Positions 17,448 to 26,792 of a stretch of DNA of 31,540 nt are shown piece after piece. How positions within the stretch are numbered: position 1 is the first letter of the stretch; each line of letters starts with the position of its first letter. Position numbers and translations under genes: made by a program. This stretch comes from Chlamydiia bacterium (GTDB taxonomy: Bacteria > Chlamydiota > Chlamydiia > Chlamydiales > 2-12-FULL-49-11). The DNA lies in NCBI GenBank assembly GCA_044359535.1, contig JBIKLZ010000009.1, forward strand, positions 1 through 31,540, in the 5' to 3' direction. Under the pieces are notes generated by a model. It saw nothing but the letters and a program-made list of their open reading frames with translations. It made no database searches and was not told the origin of the DNA.

Positions 17448-19805
17448 ATGAAAAGGGCCATTCGTACACAAAAAAAAACTGCCAAAAAACAAGAGCCGCA
17501 TCCTGAAGCTAGGGGGATCTTTATTATCGCAGTGAGCCTTTTTATTTTTTTCTGTTTATTCACATTTGTAGATACTGAGCACCAAAAAAATGTTTTTGGA
17601 TTAACAGGGCATGTGATTGCTTTTGTCCTTAATTACCTTTTTGGACTAGGAAGTTATATTCTTGTTGCCTTTATGACATTTTTTGGGATTAAATTTTTAC
17701 GGAAAAAAGATGGAAAAAGTCTTGCTGTAAAAACGGGCTATCTATGTTTGCATTTATTTTCGGTATGTATTCTCCTTAACTTATTTGCTGAGACAAAGTG
17801 GCTCGATTTTTCCCCTTTTTATGAAAGGGTGTATTCAGAGTCTGTTATTATTCAAGCGGCAATCCCTGTAAAATATACTCGATATAACCTTGGAGGAGTT
17901 CCCTTTTACTACCTTTATAAAGATGTAGCAAATTTTAATTTACAGCATCTTTTAAGTGATGTGGGTGTATTGCTCACATTTTTTAACCTTGCAGTGATTG
18001 GGTTTGTTTTTTTAACCGATTTGAGTTTTGTTAATTTTTCAAGAAGGGTGTTACATCTTTTTCCTTTGATCTTTAATGCGGTTGTTTTACTTTTAAGAAA
18101 GCTCCTTTTATGGATGAGGAAATTTTCGTTTATTCAAGTAAAGCAGGCAAGAGAGAAACATTCTCCCCTTGCTGCATCGGTATTTCCCCCTTATACCTCA
18201 TTAAATCAAACAACAAAAAGAGAATCAAAAAAGGGAGAAAAAAAGGAGCTAAAAATGCTCCCTCTTCCAAAAAAGCAACAGATTATTCACAGTCACAGCT
18301 TTGCTACAGATACTAAAATTGAGTTTTCTAAACAAAATAAGGCGCCAGTAGGAAAAATAAAGGATGCACATTATAACCTCCCCCCATTAGATCTGTTATC
18401 CAACACAGCAGAGGTGGATCAAACAGGGCTAAAAAAAGAACTTCAAGAAAAAGCTCAAATTTTGGAAGAGACCCTTGCAAGTTTTTCTATTGAAGCAAAG
18501 GTGGGTCTTATCCACTCAGGACCTACAATTACCTCTTTTGAAGTCCACCCAGCAATTGGTGTAAAGGTTCAAAAAATAAAAGCTTTGGAAAATGATATTG
18601 CCTTAAATCTTCAAGCACGATCAATTCGAATTATTGCCCCCATCCCTGGAAAAGCAGCTGTAGGTGTAGAAATTCCCTCTTCAATTCCTCAAGAAGTAGG
18701 GTTTAAAGATATGCTAAATGCCTATAGACGCCTTCCCACTAAACACCATATTCCAGTTCTCCTTGGAAAAACTGTTCGCGGAGAGGATGTGATGTGTGAT
18801 TTAACAAAAATGCCCCACTGTATTATTGCAGGCGCCACAGGCTCTGGAAAATCTGTCTGTATCAATACAATGATCATGTCGATTTTAATGAATTCAACTC
18901 CGGAAAAGGTAAAACTTTTATTGATCGATCCAAAGAAAGTAGAGCTTACCTTTTTTGCAAAGATTCCCCATTTAATTGCTCCTGTGATCACTGAACCTGA
19001 GGGGGCCTATTCAGCTCTTAAGTGGATTGTAAAAGAGATGAAAACCCGTTATGAAATCTTAAAACGGTTGGGAGTTCGAAATATTCATGCCTTTAATAAA
19101 AGGAAAATTGATAAGGAATTTGAAGACTCTTTAGAAATGGATATCCCTGAAGAGATGTACTTTTTAGTCGCTATTATTGATGAGTTTGCAGATTTAATGA
19201 TGACATCCTCATCAGATCTTGAGACCCCTATTGCACGGATTGCACAAATGGCAAGGGCTGTGGGAATTCATCTAGTTATTGCCACCCAAAGGCCTTCAAG
19301 AGAGGTAATTACCGGCCTTATCAAGGCAAATTTTCCTACAAGAGTGGCTTTTAAAGTGTCATCAAGGATCAACTCACAAATAATTCTTGATGAAAATGGT
19401 GCAGAAAGCTTGTTGGGAAATGGGGATATGCTATTTTTAGCCCCTGGGACAGCCGAATTATTAAGGTGTCAAGGGGTCTATGTCTGTGATGAGGATATTA
19501 AAAAGGTTGTAGCCCATATCCAAGAACGTTTTCCTACAAATTATTTATTTGAATCTTTTGACGACGTCTCTTCCGATGACGGCCTTATTTCTGAAAAGGA
19601 AGAGGGGGCCGATCCTATGTACTCAAAGGCTTTAGAAATTGTCTTAACTTTTAAAACAGCTTCTACGACGTTCTTGCAAAGAAAATTAAAAATTGGTTAT
19701 GCAAGAGCTGCTTCCCTTATCGATTTATTAGAGAAAAATGGGGTAATTGGACCTGCAGATGGGAGCCGCCCCCGAAGAATCCTTCGAGACGAAATAGAAG
19801 AATAA
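17448..19805 (+). CDS. ftsK: DNA translocase FtsK (start ATG 17448 or GTG 17427)
   Basis: N-terminal TMs, GATGSGKS, IIDEFAD, ATQRPS, gamma domain LQRKLKIGYARAA. Confidence 0.98.
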   Translation: MKRAIRTQKKTAKKQEPHPEARGIFIIAVSLFIFFCLFTFVDTEHQKNVFGLTGHVIAFVLNYLFGLGSYILVAFMTFFGIKFLRKKDGKSLAVKTGYLCLHLFSVCILLNLFAETKWLDFSPFYERVYSESVIIQAAIPVKYTRYNLGGVPFYYLYKDVANFNLQHLLSDVGVLLTFFNLAVIGFVFLTDLSFVNFSRRVLHLFPLIFNAVVLLLRKLLLWMRKFSFIQVKQAREKHSPLAASVFPPYTSLNQTTKRESKKGEKKELKMLPLPKKQQIIHSHSFATDTKIEFSKQNKAPVGKIKDAHYNLPPLDLLSNTAEVDQTGLKKELQEKAQILEETLASFSIEAKVGLIHSGPTITSFEVHPAIGVKVQKIKALENDIALNLQARSIRIIAPIPGKAAVGVEIPSSIPQEVGFKDMLNAYRRLPTKHHIPVLLGKTVRGEDVMCDLTKMPHCIIAGATGSGKSVCINTMIMSILMNSTPEKVKLLLIDPKKVELTFFAKIPHLIAPVITEPEGAYSALKWIVKEMKTRYEILKRLGVRNIHAFNKRKIDKEFEDSLEMDIPEEMYFLVAIIDEFADLMMTSSSDLETPIARIAQMARAVGIHLVIATQRPSREVITGLIKANFPTRVAFKVSSRINSQIILDENGAESLLGNGDMLFLAPGTAELLRCQGVYVCDEDIKKVVAHIQERFPTNYLFESFDDVSSDDGLISEKEEGADPMYSKALEIVLTFKTASTTFLQRKLKIGYARAASLIDLLEKNGVIGPADGSRPRRILRDEIEE

Positions 19806-19877
19806 CACCATGTATGGAATGGATTTGATAAGACCGTTTACACGATGAAAGGTATTGATAATCCTATATTAAAAATG

Positions 19878-19951
19878 GGCGATAGACGGGAATCGAACCC
19901 GCGACCCTCGGAACCACAATCCGATGCTCTAACCCCTGAGCTACTATCGCC
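19878..19951 (-). tRNA. tRNA-His(GTG) with encoded G-1; CCA not fully encoded
   Basis: G-GCGATAG/CTATCGC-C acceptor, TAGCTCAG D-arm, TCGGA-TTGTGGT-TCCGA anticodon arm, GGTTCGATTCC T-arm. Confidence 0.97.
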
Positions 19952-19965
19952 ATAGTCTTCCAAAG

Positions 19966-19994
19966 AGTATATTTTTCCTTTTTGATTATGTCAA
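19966..19994 (-). promoter_or_regulatory. tRNA promoter
   Basis: TTGACA-N17-TATACT. Confidence 0.8.
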
Positions 19995-20027
19995 TAGACT
20001 TCTTTCAAAACTTCATTTAGAAAATCA

Positions 20028-21461
20028 TTAGAGGTCTTCAAGTAGACGTTTTTTATTAAAAAACTCCTCCTCTTTTTTAAGAGAAAAAATAAGGATAAAT
20101 GTAATCATTACTGACACAACATTCATAGATGGGTGAAACACTTTTAACAAAAGGGGAAAAGCCCCATTTCCGTACAAAACTGTTTCTAAAAAGGGTTTTG
20201 AAAAAAATTCATTTAACTTCCAAAGAGGGGGAAAAGCAAAGGAAAAAATTAAAAGAATAAGGGTTGGAATCATACTTAGGGGAAAAAAAAGATTATAAAA
20301 AGAGCCCCACAAGGGGAGGAAGGGGAAGCAATAGAGAAATATGGGTAAAAGGGTGATTTGAAGGGCCATTGAATAAAGCCCTCCTACTGAAAACATTCTT
20401 AGTAGAAGGTAGGGGATTTTATGAGATAGGGGCATTAACCTTTGCTTTTTAGAGCACCTTTTTAGGCAAAAAATAGTGCTTAGATCATTTATCCATGGGT
20501 TTAATGAAAGAATGACAAAGGTTGCAAGATAGCTTAAAGAAAAGGAGATGGAAAATAGGGAGTAGGGGTCTATTACAATAGAAACGATTCCAGAAAGTCC
20601 TAGGGCATTTAAAGGAAGGGGATTTGAAGAAAGGAGGATACTTATTAAGTACAAGGTGACGGCAAGAAAGGACCTAGAGACAGAAGCAGATCCTCCTAAA
20701 AAGAAGAAATAGAGCCATGCGCAGAGCAAAAGAAAGAGAAGGGAGATTTTTTTTGGAAAAAAAAGGCTTAAAGGGATTGAGAGAATAAAAATGATCCAAG
20801 AAAAGTGAAATCCAGAAATGGCTAAGGTATGTAAAAGTCCTGCCCCTTTAAACTTTTCCTTTAAGAATGGATCGGAAATCTCCCCTGTAACAAGACTTTT
20901 AAAATATTCTCTCACCTCAAGATCTTTTACATGGTTATCAATGAATTTTTTACATCTTTCTTTCAATATAAAGCGATTTTCTATAAATGAAAATGTATAA
21001 GGAACAGCTTTCCATGAAAAAGGTTGTAAAACATTCCCAGATGAAGAGGGTTTTAACATCCCTTCGATAATAAAGTGTTGGTTAAAATTGGGACGCTCTT
21101 GCTTTGAAAGGGGGATAAGACAATAAAGCCCGGTATATTCTTTTTCCGAAAAAGTTTTAAGAAAAGGGAGGTGTGCTAAAAGGTACAGTTTACCATCGAT
21201 TTCTTTAAGATGTTTAGGAATAAGGTACCCTTTTATCCTTTCTTTAGAAGGGGGAAGCTTTTTTGTATCTTGAAGAAAGAGTAAAGAGGTAAAAAGGGAT
21301 AACAAAACAGAACCCACAATAAAGGATCGCTTTTTATGGGTAAAAGCTAATAACATAGGGAGAAAAACTCCCATTGAGGATAAAGCGCCACAAAGGAGAG
21401 ATCCAAATAAAAATAGGGCTGGAAAGCGTTCCCATGAAAAAAGAGGTCGAGAAAATTGCAT
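20028..21461 (-). CDS. comEC: ComEC/Rec2 competence protein lacking the C-terminal beta-lactamase-like domain
   Basis: GLLHTLAISGFHF, SASVSRS, SFSLSYLAT; many TMs; 477 aa. Confidence 0.92.
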   Translation of the reverse strand: MQFSRPLFSWERFPALFLFGSLLCGALSSMGVFLPMLLAFTHKKRSFIVGSVLLSLFTSLLFLQDTKKLPPSKERIKGYLIPKHLKEIDGKLYLLAHLPFLKTFSEKEYTGLYCLIPLSKQERPNFNQHFIIEGMLKPSSSGNVLQPFSWKAVPYTFSFIENRFILKERCKKFIDNHVKDLEVREYFKSLVTGEISDPFLKEKFKGAGLLHTLAISGFHFSWIIFILSIPLSLFFPKKISLLFLLLCAWLYFFFLGGSASVSRSFLAVTLYLISILLSSNPLPLNALGLSGIVSIVIDPYSLFSISFSLSYLATFVILSLNPWINDLSTIFCLKRCSKKQRLMPLSHKIPYLLLRMFSVGGLYSMALQITLLPIFLYCFPFLPLWGSFYNLFFPLSMIPTLILLIFSFAFPPLWKLNEFFSKPFLETVLYGNGAFPLLLKVFHPSMNVVSVMITFILIFSLKKEEEFFNKKRLLEDL

Positions 21462-21507
21462 AAAGAAATTATGAATAAATAGATTTTAAATACAACCTAT
21501 TTTTGGC

Positions 21508-21906
21508 TTAACCAGGACGCTGTGAAAAATTGCGATAAAAAAATTGATAGACTCCAAACCAGCGCCCTTGATTGGTTAGGCTACACTCTATAGCGTAGTC
21601 TTTAACACTCTGATGAATGGTAGCTACTGGGGGATCTAGAGGATGGTTAGCTGCTTTATATTGAATGAAAAGCAAGGCAACCATATAGGATAATTGCTCT
21701 TGTGAATAGATTAAAAGGGGCAAATCCGAGTAAGGACTATTGTTTAAATAGAGTGCTACTGTCATATCTTCGGCAGAATCGATTAAAGAAAGATGCAATA
21801 GCTTTACTTCAGGAAGAAGATTGTTTGCCGTTTTAACCAATTCAGGAAAACTTTTTTGTAACACTTCTTTAATACCTAACGGAAAGGTTTGATTGGATAC
21901 GTGCAT
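21508..21906 (-). CDS. Hypothetical protein, 132 aa, paralog A (probable start ATG 21906)
   Basis: Aligns without gaps to the adjacent ORF; the start at 21906 removes the overlap. Confidence 0.75.
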   Translation of the reverse strand: MHVSNQTFPLGIKEVLQKSFPELVKTANNLLPEVKLLHLSLIDSAEDMTVALYLNNSPYSDLPLLIYSQEQLSYMVALLFIQYKAANHPLDPPVATIHQSVKDYAIECSLTNQGRWFGVYQFFYRNFSQRPG

Positions 21907-21913
21907 AAAAGGA

Positions 21914-22312
21914 TTAACCTGGTTGTTGTGAAAGGTGATAATAGAAAAAACGGTAAACTCCAAACCACCCTACTTCGCTAATTAAACTGCATTCTATAGC
22001 ATACGTTGTTGCCACCTCATAAAAATGAAGTACAGGAGGGGAAATACGGGGTTGAAAAATTCTATGCAAACAAACGAGTAAAGAAATCATATAGGCTAGT
22101 TGCTCTGCAGAATAAGAGAACATTCCTTTTGTTATATAAGGATTTTCATTCATTTTACTATCTTTTTTAATCAATTTTAAAGAATCAGTCATTTGTTTAT
22201 GCAAAAATATGGCGGTATGCCCTATTTTTTCCACATGATTAGAAACATCAGGAAATAAGGTTTTAAGGGTTTGTTTAAAACTTAAGTGAGGAGTTCTTAA
22301 TAGGTCTAACAT
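21914..22312 (-). CDS. Hypothetical protein, 132 aa, paralog B (probable start ATG 22312)
   Basis: Paralogous to 21508-21906; promoter immediately upstream. Confidence 0.75.
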   Translation of the reverse strand: MLDLLRTPHLSFKQTLKTLFPDVSNHVEKIGHTAIFLHKQMTDSLKLIKKDSKMNENPYITKGMFSYSAEQLAYMISLLVCLHRIFQPRISPPVLHFYEVATTYAIECSLISEVGWFGVYRFFYYHLSQQPG

Positions 22313-22323
22313 GAGGGTCAAAT

Positions 22324-22352
22324 ATGTTAGTCTTCCACCCTGTTTTTGTCAA
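22324..22352 (-). promoter_or_regulatory. Sigma66 promoter of the paralog pair
   Basis: TTGACA(22352-22347)-N17-TAACAT(22329-22324). Confidence 0.6.
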
Positions 22353-22379
22353 TAGACCTAAAAAAGAGATCTTTTCAGG

Positions 22380-23642
22380 CTATTTTTGGATTGGATCGTC
22401 GTTTAAAGAACCGTGAATGATCCGTGAGGATCGAGCCCCCGTTAAATGATGCAAAGCCCATTCTAACATTACAGAAAGTCTATTTTTAAATCCCATAAGG
22501 TAGGCAACGTGGACAAAGCCCCATAAAATCCATGCAGGAAATCCTGTAAAATTCCATCCACGAACTGTTGCCACAGCTTTTCCCGTTCCAATGGTTGCAA
22601 GACTTCCTTTATCAAAGTAATAGAATTCTTTTCGAACCTTTTTTTGATGTTTCTTCAAAAGCTTGGCGATAAATTTCCCTTGTTGAATGGCAACAGTGGC
22701 TACCCCTGGAAGGATATTACCCTTTTTTGTTACACAATGGGCAGCATCGCCAAGGACAAAAATATTTTCATGGTTTGGAATGGATAAGTCTTTTGAAACA
22801 ATAGCCCTTCCAGCGCGATCAAGAGGGATATCTAGTGTTTCTAAAAGTTTTGGAACTTTATTCCCTGCAGCCCAGATAATGGTGTTTGATTCAATGAATT
22901 TATCATTCATTTGAACCCCATACTCATTAATATCTGTCACAACTGTATTTAACAAAATTTTTACCCCCATTTTTTCAAGGGTTTTTTTTGTATAGGTAGA
23001 TAATGACTCTGGAAAAGGGGGAAGAGGCCTGTTTGCCCCTTCAATTAAATAGACATGAGCCTCATGCGGATTAATGTGTCTAAAATTTCTTTTTAAAGTG
23101 GTTTTTAGCAGTTCAGCAATGGTTCCGGCAAATTCAACCCCTGTGGGTCCAGCTCCAATAATTACAAAATTTAAATACTTTTGACGTTGCTTTGCATGAT
23201 TTTCCCTTTCAGCCCGTTCAAATGAAGTTAAAAGGTGATTTCTAATCAATAGGGCATCCTTAAGGGTCTTAATCCCTGGAGCATACTTTTCCCAATGATC
23301 ATTTCCAAAATAGGAATGCATCGCTCCGATTGCTACAACAAGATAGTCAAAAGATAGGATCTCTTTGTTCTCTAATGTGAGGGTTTTTTTTTCTTTATCT
23401 ATAGAAATAACCTCGCCCATCAAAACGGTGGTATTTTTTTGCCGAGCAAAAATTTCTCTTAAAGAGAGCGAAATATCTCGAGGAGAAAGGGTTGCTGTAG
23501 CTGCTTGATAAAGAAGGGGTTGAAACAGGTGGTGATTTTTCTTGTCCAATAAAATGATATCTAAGTCTGCGTTTTTTAGATGTTTACACACAGTAATTCC
23601 GGCAAACCCACCGCCGATGATGATTAATTTTTTTCTCTTCAT
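22380..23642 (-). CDS. ndh: Type II NADH:quinone oxidoreductase (probable start ATG 23642)
   Basis: IIGGGFAG, HLFQPLLYQ, IIGAGPTGVE, WAAG, GD, AxxAxQ (ATVAIQ); GAGGG SD. Confidence 0.93.
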   Translation of the reverse strand: MKRKKLIIIGGGFAGITVCKHLKNADLDIILLDKKNHHLFQPLLYQAATATLSPRDISLSLREIFARQKNTTVLMGEVISIDKEKKTLTLENKEILSFDYLVVAIGAMHSYFGNDHWEKYAPGIKTLKDALLIRNHLLTSFERAERENHAKQRQKYLNFVIIGAGPTGVEFAGTIAELLKTTLKRNFRHINPHEAHVYLIEGANRPLPPFPESLSTYTKKTLEKMGVKILLNTVVTDINEYGVQMNDKFIESNTIIWAAGNKVPKLLETLDIPLDRAGRAIVSKDLSIPNHENIFVLGDAAHCVTKKGNILPGVATVAIQQGKFIAKLLKKHQKKVRKEFYYFDKGSLATIGTGKAVATVRGWNFTGFPAWILWGFVHVAYLMGFKNRLSVMLEWALHHLTGARSSRIIHGSLNDDPIQK

Positions 23643-23714
23643 AGACCCTCTTAATTCTATACTTAAAACCAAAGATGAAGTAAAGTCAAGTGCCGAATTT
23701 TTTAAGGGAACCTT

Positions 23715-24662
23715 ATGTTAATAATTGAAGATTTTTTTCAAGATTTTGGCGATAACCTCTCGTTAAAAATGAAGGGGGGAAAGTTTGGTCTTAGTAAATC
23801 AATTACAGTTCCAGATATTGAAAGACCAGGGCTTGCCCTTACAGGTTTTTTAAATGGGTACTCATTTAAACGTATCCTTATTTTTGGTAGAAGGGAGCTT
23901 GAATACCTCCATTCTCTTTCTCCCCTAGTGCGTAAAAGACGGTTATCAAAAGTCCTTTCCCCTAAGTTACCTATGGTTATTGTAACAAGAAATGCCGAAC
24001 CGTTAGAAGAGATGAAAGATCTTTGTGATCAAAGAAATATTCCACTATTTAGCTCAAAGCACACCACGTCCCATGTAATGCAAAAAATCACCTATTATTT
24101 AGGGAGGGCTTTTGCAAAAACAGAATCTTGCTATGGGACTTTAGTGGAGGCCTTTGGTAAGGGGGTCTTAATACAAGGGGATTCCTCTGTGGGAAAAAGC
24201 GAGACCGCTTTAGGGTTGATCGAAAGGCAACACAGACTTGTTTCCGATGATGTTGTGATCCTTTCAAGAAGGGAGGGGACCTATATTGAAGGGGAAGGGC
24301 CAGCAATTACAAGACATTTAATGGAAATCCGGGGGATAGGAATTATAAATGTGGCCCATCTTTACGGAGCTGTATGTGTGAGTGAAAAGGCAACTATTGA
24401 TGTTGTTGTAAAGCTAGAGGAATGGGATGATGATCATTTTTATGATCGAGTAGGGGTGGAGGAAAAGCATGTTGAATTCTTAGGGGTTAGAATCCCTTAT
24501 TATATTTTACCTGTAAAGCCTGGTAGAGACGCTGTCCTTTTAATTGAAACAATTGTCTTAAACCACCGTTTAAAAATGATGGGGGTTCATTCAGCTAAAG
24601 AATTTAATGTAAAACTCCTTGATACAATGGCAAAAAAACAAAAGGGCTCTTTAGGTCCTTGA
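23715..24662 (+). CDS. hprK: HPr kinase/phosphorylase
   Basis: RPGLALTGF, GDSSVGKSETAL, LVSDD, HLMEIRGIGII, PVKPGR. Confidence 0.97.
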   Translation: MLIIEDFFQDFGDNLSLKMKGGKFGLSKSITVPDIERPGLALTGFLNGYSFKRILIFGRRELEYLHSLSPLVRKRRLSKVLSPKLPMVIVTRNAEPLEEMKDLCDQRNIPLFSSKHTTSHVMQKITYYLGRAFAKTESCYGTLVEAFGKGVLIQGDSSVGKSETALGLIERQHRLVSDDVVILSRREGTYIEGEGPAITRHLMEIRGIGIINVAHLYGAVCVSEKATIDVVVKLEEWDDDHFYDRVGVEEKHVEFLGVRIPYYILPVKPGRDAVLLIETIVLNHRLKMMGVHSAKEFNVKLLDTMAKKQKGSLGP

Positions 24663-24674
24663 TAAAAATAGTTA

Positions 24675-24718
24675 TTGATATAATCAATCTTTATAAGATA
24701 TGATCATTTTCATATCTT
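24675..24718 (+). promoter_or_regulatory. Putative ptsI promoter with overlapping 9-bp inverted repeat
   Basis: TTGATA-N18-TATGAT; AAGATATGA-N6-TCATATCTT (24695-24718). Confidence 0.45.
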
Positions 24719-24727
24719 GGTTCTTTT

Positions 24728-26479
24728 GTGGAAAAGCAGAAAAAAGAAATACGTTTAGAAGGGGTGCCTGTTAGTGAAGGGATTGCAATAGGTACATTTT
24801 TCTTATTTAAGGGTAAAGAGGGGGAGATTCCAGAATTTGCCATCACCTCCTCTCAAGTAAGTTATGAAATTGCTAGATATCGAAGAGCCTTATCAAAATC
24901 TCGACAAGAATTAGAAGCATTATATACACATTTAGAAAACGAGGGTTCGGTCGAAGTCTGTAGCATTATAGACTCCCACATTCAAATGTTGCAAGATCCT
25001 GTGATTTCTCAATCTATTGAAGATAAAATTGCTCACATGAGACAAAACACTGAAAGTGTCTTTATCCATGTGATGGAGGAATATAAAAGGCTCTTTCGAA
25101 AACAAATGAGGGGGGAGGGGGTTGAGGATCGACTCTTAGATATCAAGGACCTTTCTTCTAGAATTCTTAGGCATCTAAACCCTTCTATAAGACAAGATTC
25201 ATTTTCCTATCCTCCCCATTGCATTTATGCAGACTATGAAATTATTCCGACAAAAGCAGCAGAGGCAAAAAAGGGAATTATTGAAGGTTTTATATCTAAA
25301 ATTGGGGGAGAGATGTCCCATTCAGCAGTCATTGCTCGAGCAAAAGGGATTCCATTTGTCTCTGGGATAAATATTGGATTACTTGAGAATTTAGAAAAAG
25401 AAGAGGTGATTATTGATGGGTATAGCGGTGAAATCATCCTTCGGCCAGAGCGAAAAACTGTAGAGAGCTACCTAGAAAAAAGTCGATCTAAACCGTTGTT
25501 TATACCCTCTTTTAGCCCTTTGTTAAAAAAAATCACTACAAGGGATGGCAAAAGTGTAAAAGTCTCAGTGAATTTTGATAATATGGATGATTTAAAGAAA
25601 ATTTCTGACTACAATATTGATACCGTTGGGCTGATTCGGACAGAGTTTTTATTTTTGCAAGAGGCGGTAACCACCCTTTCCCATGATTTTCAGGTAGAAA
25701 GATATGAAGAAATTATCAAAGGGGCAAATGGAGCTTTACTTACATTTAGACTTTTTGATATTGGAAGTGATAAAAAAATCATTGATATGCATGAATGTGA
25801 GCCCAACCCAGCTCTTGGGTGCCGTTCTATACGTTTTTTAATGAAATATCCAGAAATTTTTAAAATGCAAGTAAAAGCGTTGTATCAAGCCTCTTTAAAA
25901 GGCTCTATCCGTCTACTTCTACCCCTTGTTACCGATTATGATGAACTTATCACTGCCCTATCTTTTATTGAAAATTGCCGAAAAGAAATAGAAAAGGAGT
26001 TAGGTCTTTCTATTAAAAAAATTCCTGTAGGATGTATGGTAGAGGTCCCTTCTTTTGCCCTCCTTGCCGATCATTTTGCTAAAGTATGTGATTTTTTTTC
26101 TATCGGGACAAATGATTTAATGCAATACACCTTAGCAATGGACCGTATTTGTCCTGAAAGTGAAAGTGTTTTTCAAATGACCCACCCTTCGATTTTAAAA
26201 CTGATTCATCTTGTGGTCCATTCAGCAAACACTCAAGGGATTGAAGTAAGTATTTGTGGGGAAGCTGCCTCTTCAGAAAAGTATACAACCTTGCTTGTAG
26301 GCTTGGGTCTTAGACATTTTTCTTGTAGCATCCGATTTGTCCCTTTAATTTCAGCAGCGCTTGAAAAAGTAGATACAGAGCAAGCCACCCTTTTAGCAAA
26401 CAAAGCCCTTTTATGCAGTTCATCGGTAGATGTCTGTGATCTTTTACATAAAAGCGAAAATGCACAAATGCAATGTTAG
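24728..26479 (+). CDS. ptsI: PTS enzyme I (PEP-protein phosphotransferase)
   Basis: GGEMSHSAVIAR (phospho-His), GLIRTE, EPNPALGCRSIR, MVEVP, SIGTNDL, ICGE. Confidence 0.97.
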   Translation: MEKQKKEIRLEGVPVSEGIAIGTFFLFKGKEGEIPEFAITSSQVSYEIARYRRALSKSRQELEALYTHLENEGSVEVCSIIDSHIQMLQDPVISQSIEDKIAHMRQNTESVFIHVMEEYKRLFRKQMRGEGVEDRLLDIKDLSSRILRHLNPSIRQDSFSYPPHCIYADYEIIPTKAAEAKKGIIEGFISKIGGEMSHSAVIARAKGIPFVSGINIGLLENLEKEEVIIDGYSGEIILRPERKTVESYLEKSRSKPLFIPSFSPLLKKITTRDGKSVKVSVNFDNMDDLKKISDYNIDTVGLIRTEFLFLQEAVTTLSHDFQVERYEEIIKGANGALLTFRLFDIGSDKKIIDMHECEPNPALGCRSIRFLMKYPEIFKMQVKALYQASLKGSIRLLLPLVTDYDELITALSFIENCRKEIEKELGLSIKKIPVGCMVEVPSFALLADHFAKVCDFFSIGTNDLMQYTLAMDRICPESESVFQMTHPSILKLIHLVVHSANTQGIEVSICGEAASSEKYTTLLVGLGLRHFSCSIRFVPLISAALEKVDTEQATLLANKALLCSSSVDVCDLLHKSENAQMQC

Positions 26480-26772
26480 AAGCTCCCTGGCATTGAAAAG
26501 GGACCCTCTTGCATAAGAGTATCGACAGCTTCTTCAGCGGCTTTAAAAGCAGCAGAAATAAGATCTTCAAGCCCTTCGACATCTTCTGGATCTACACACT
26601 CGGGACGAATGGAAATTTTTTTAAACCCTTTTGTCCCAGATAGAGTGACTTTTACAAGTCCTCCGGGAGAAACCCCCACAATCTCTTTTTCATCCATTTG
26701 CTTTTGCATTTCAGCCATTTGAGATTCCATAGCTTTGCGTTGTTTTTTCATTTTTGAGTAGCCACTGCCCAT
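26476..26772 (-). CDS. ybaB: YbaB/EbfC nucleoid-associated protein
   Basis: GGLVKVT, DPEDVEGLEDLI.AA; downstream of dnaX. Confidence 0.95.
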   Translation of the reverse strand: MGSGYSKMKKQRKAMESQMAEMQKQMDEKEIVGVSPGGLVKVTLSGTKGFKKISIRPECVDPEDVEGLEDLISAAFKAAEEAVDTLMQEGPFSMPGSF

Positions 26773-26792
26773 AGTTGATCTCCTTTCTATGT

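Noticed and set aside
19806-19877. Island or att site at the tRNA-His 3' end
   Set aside because: Only about 70 bp separate it from ftsK; no integrase and no duplicated tRNA 3' end seen
20028-21461. Short ComEC as a pseudogene
   Set aside because: The ORF is intact with the HxxxxSGxH motif; ComEC without the beta-lactamase-like domain is a known architecture
21907-21963. 50-bp overlap between the two paralog ORFs
   Set aside because: Artefact of the longest-ORF TTG start; ATG 21906 gives equal length and no overlap
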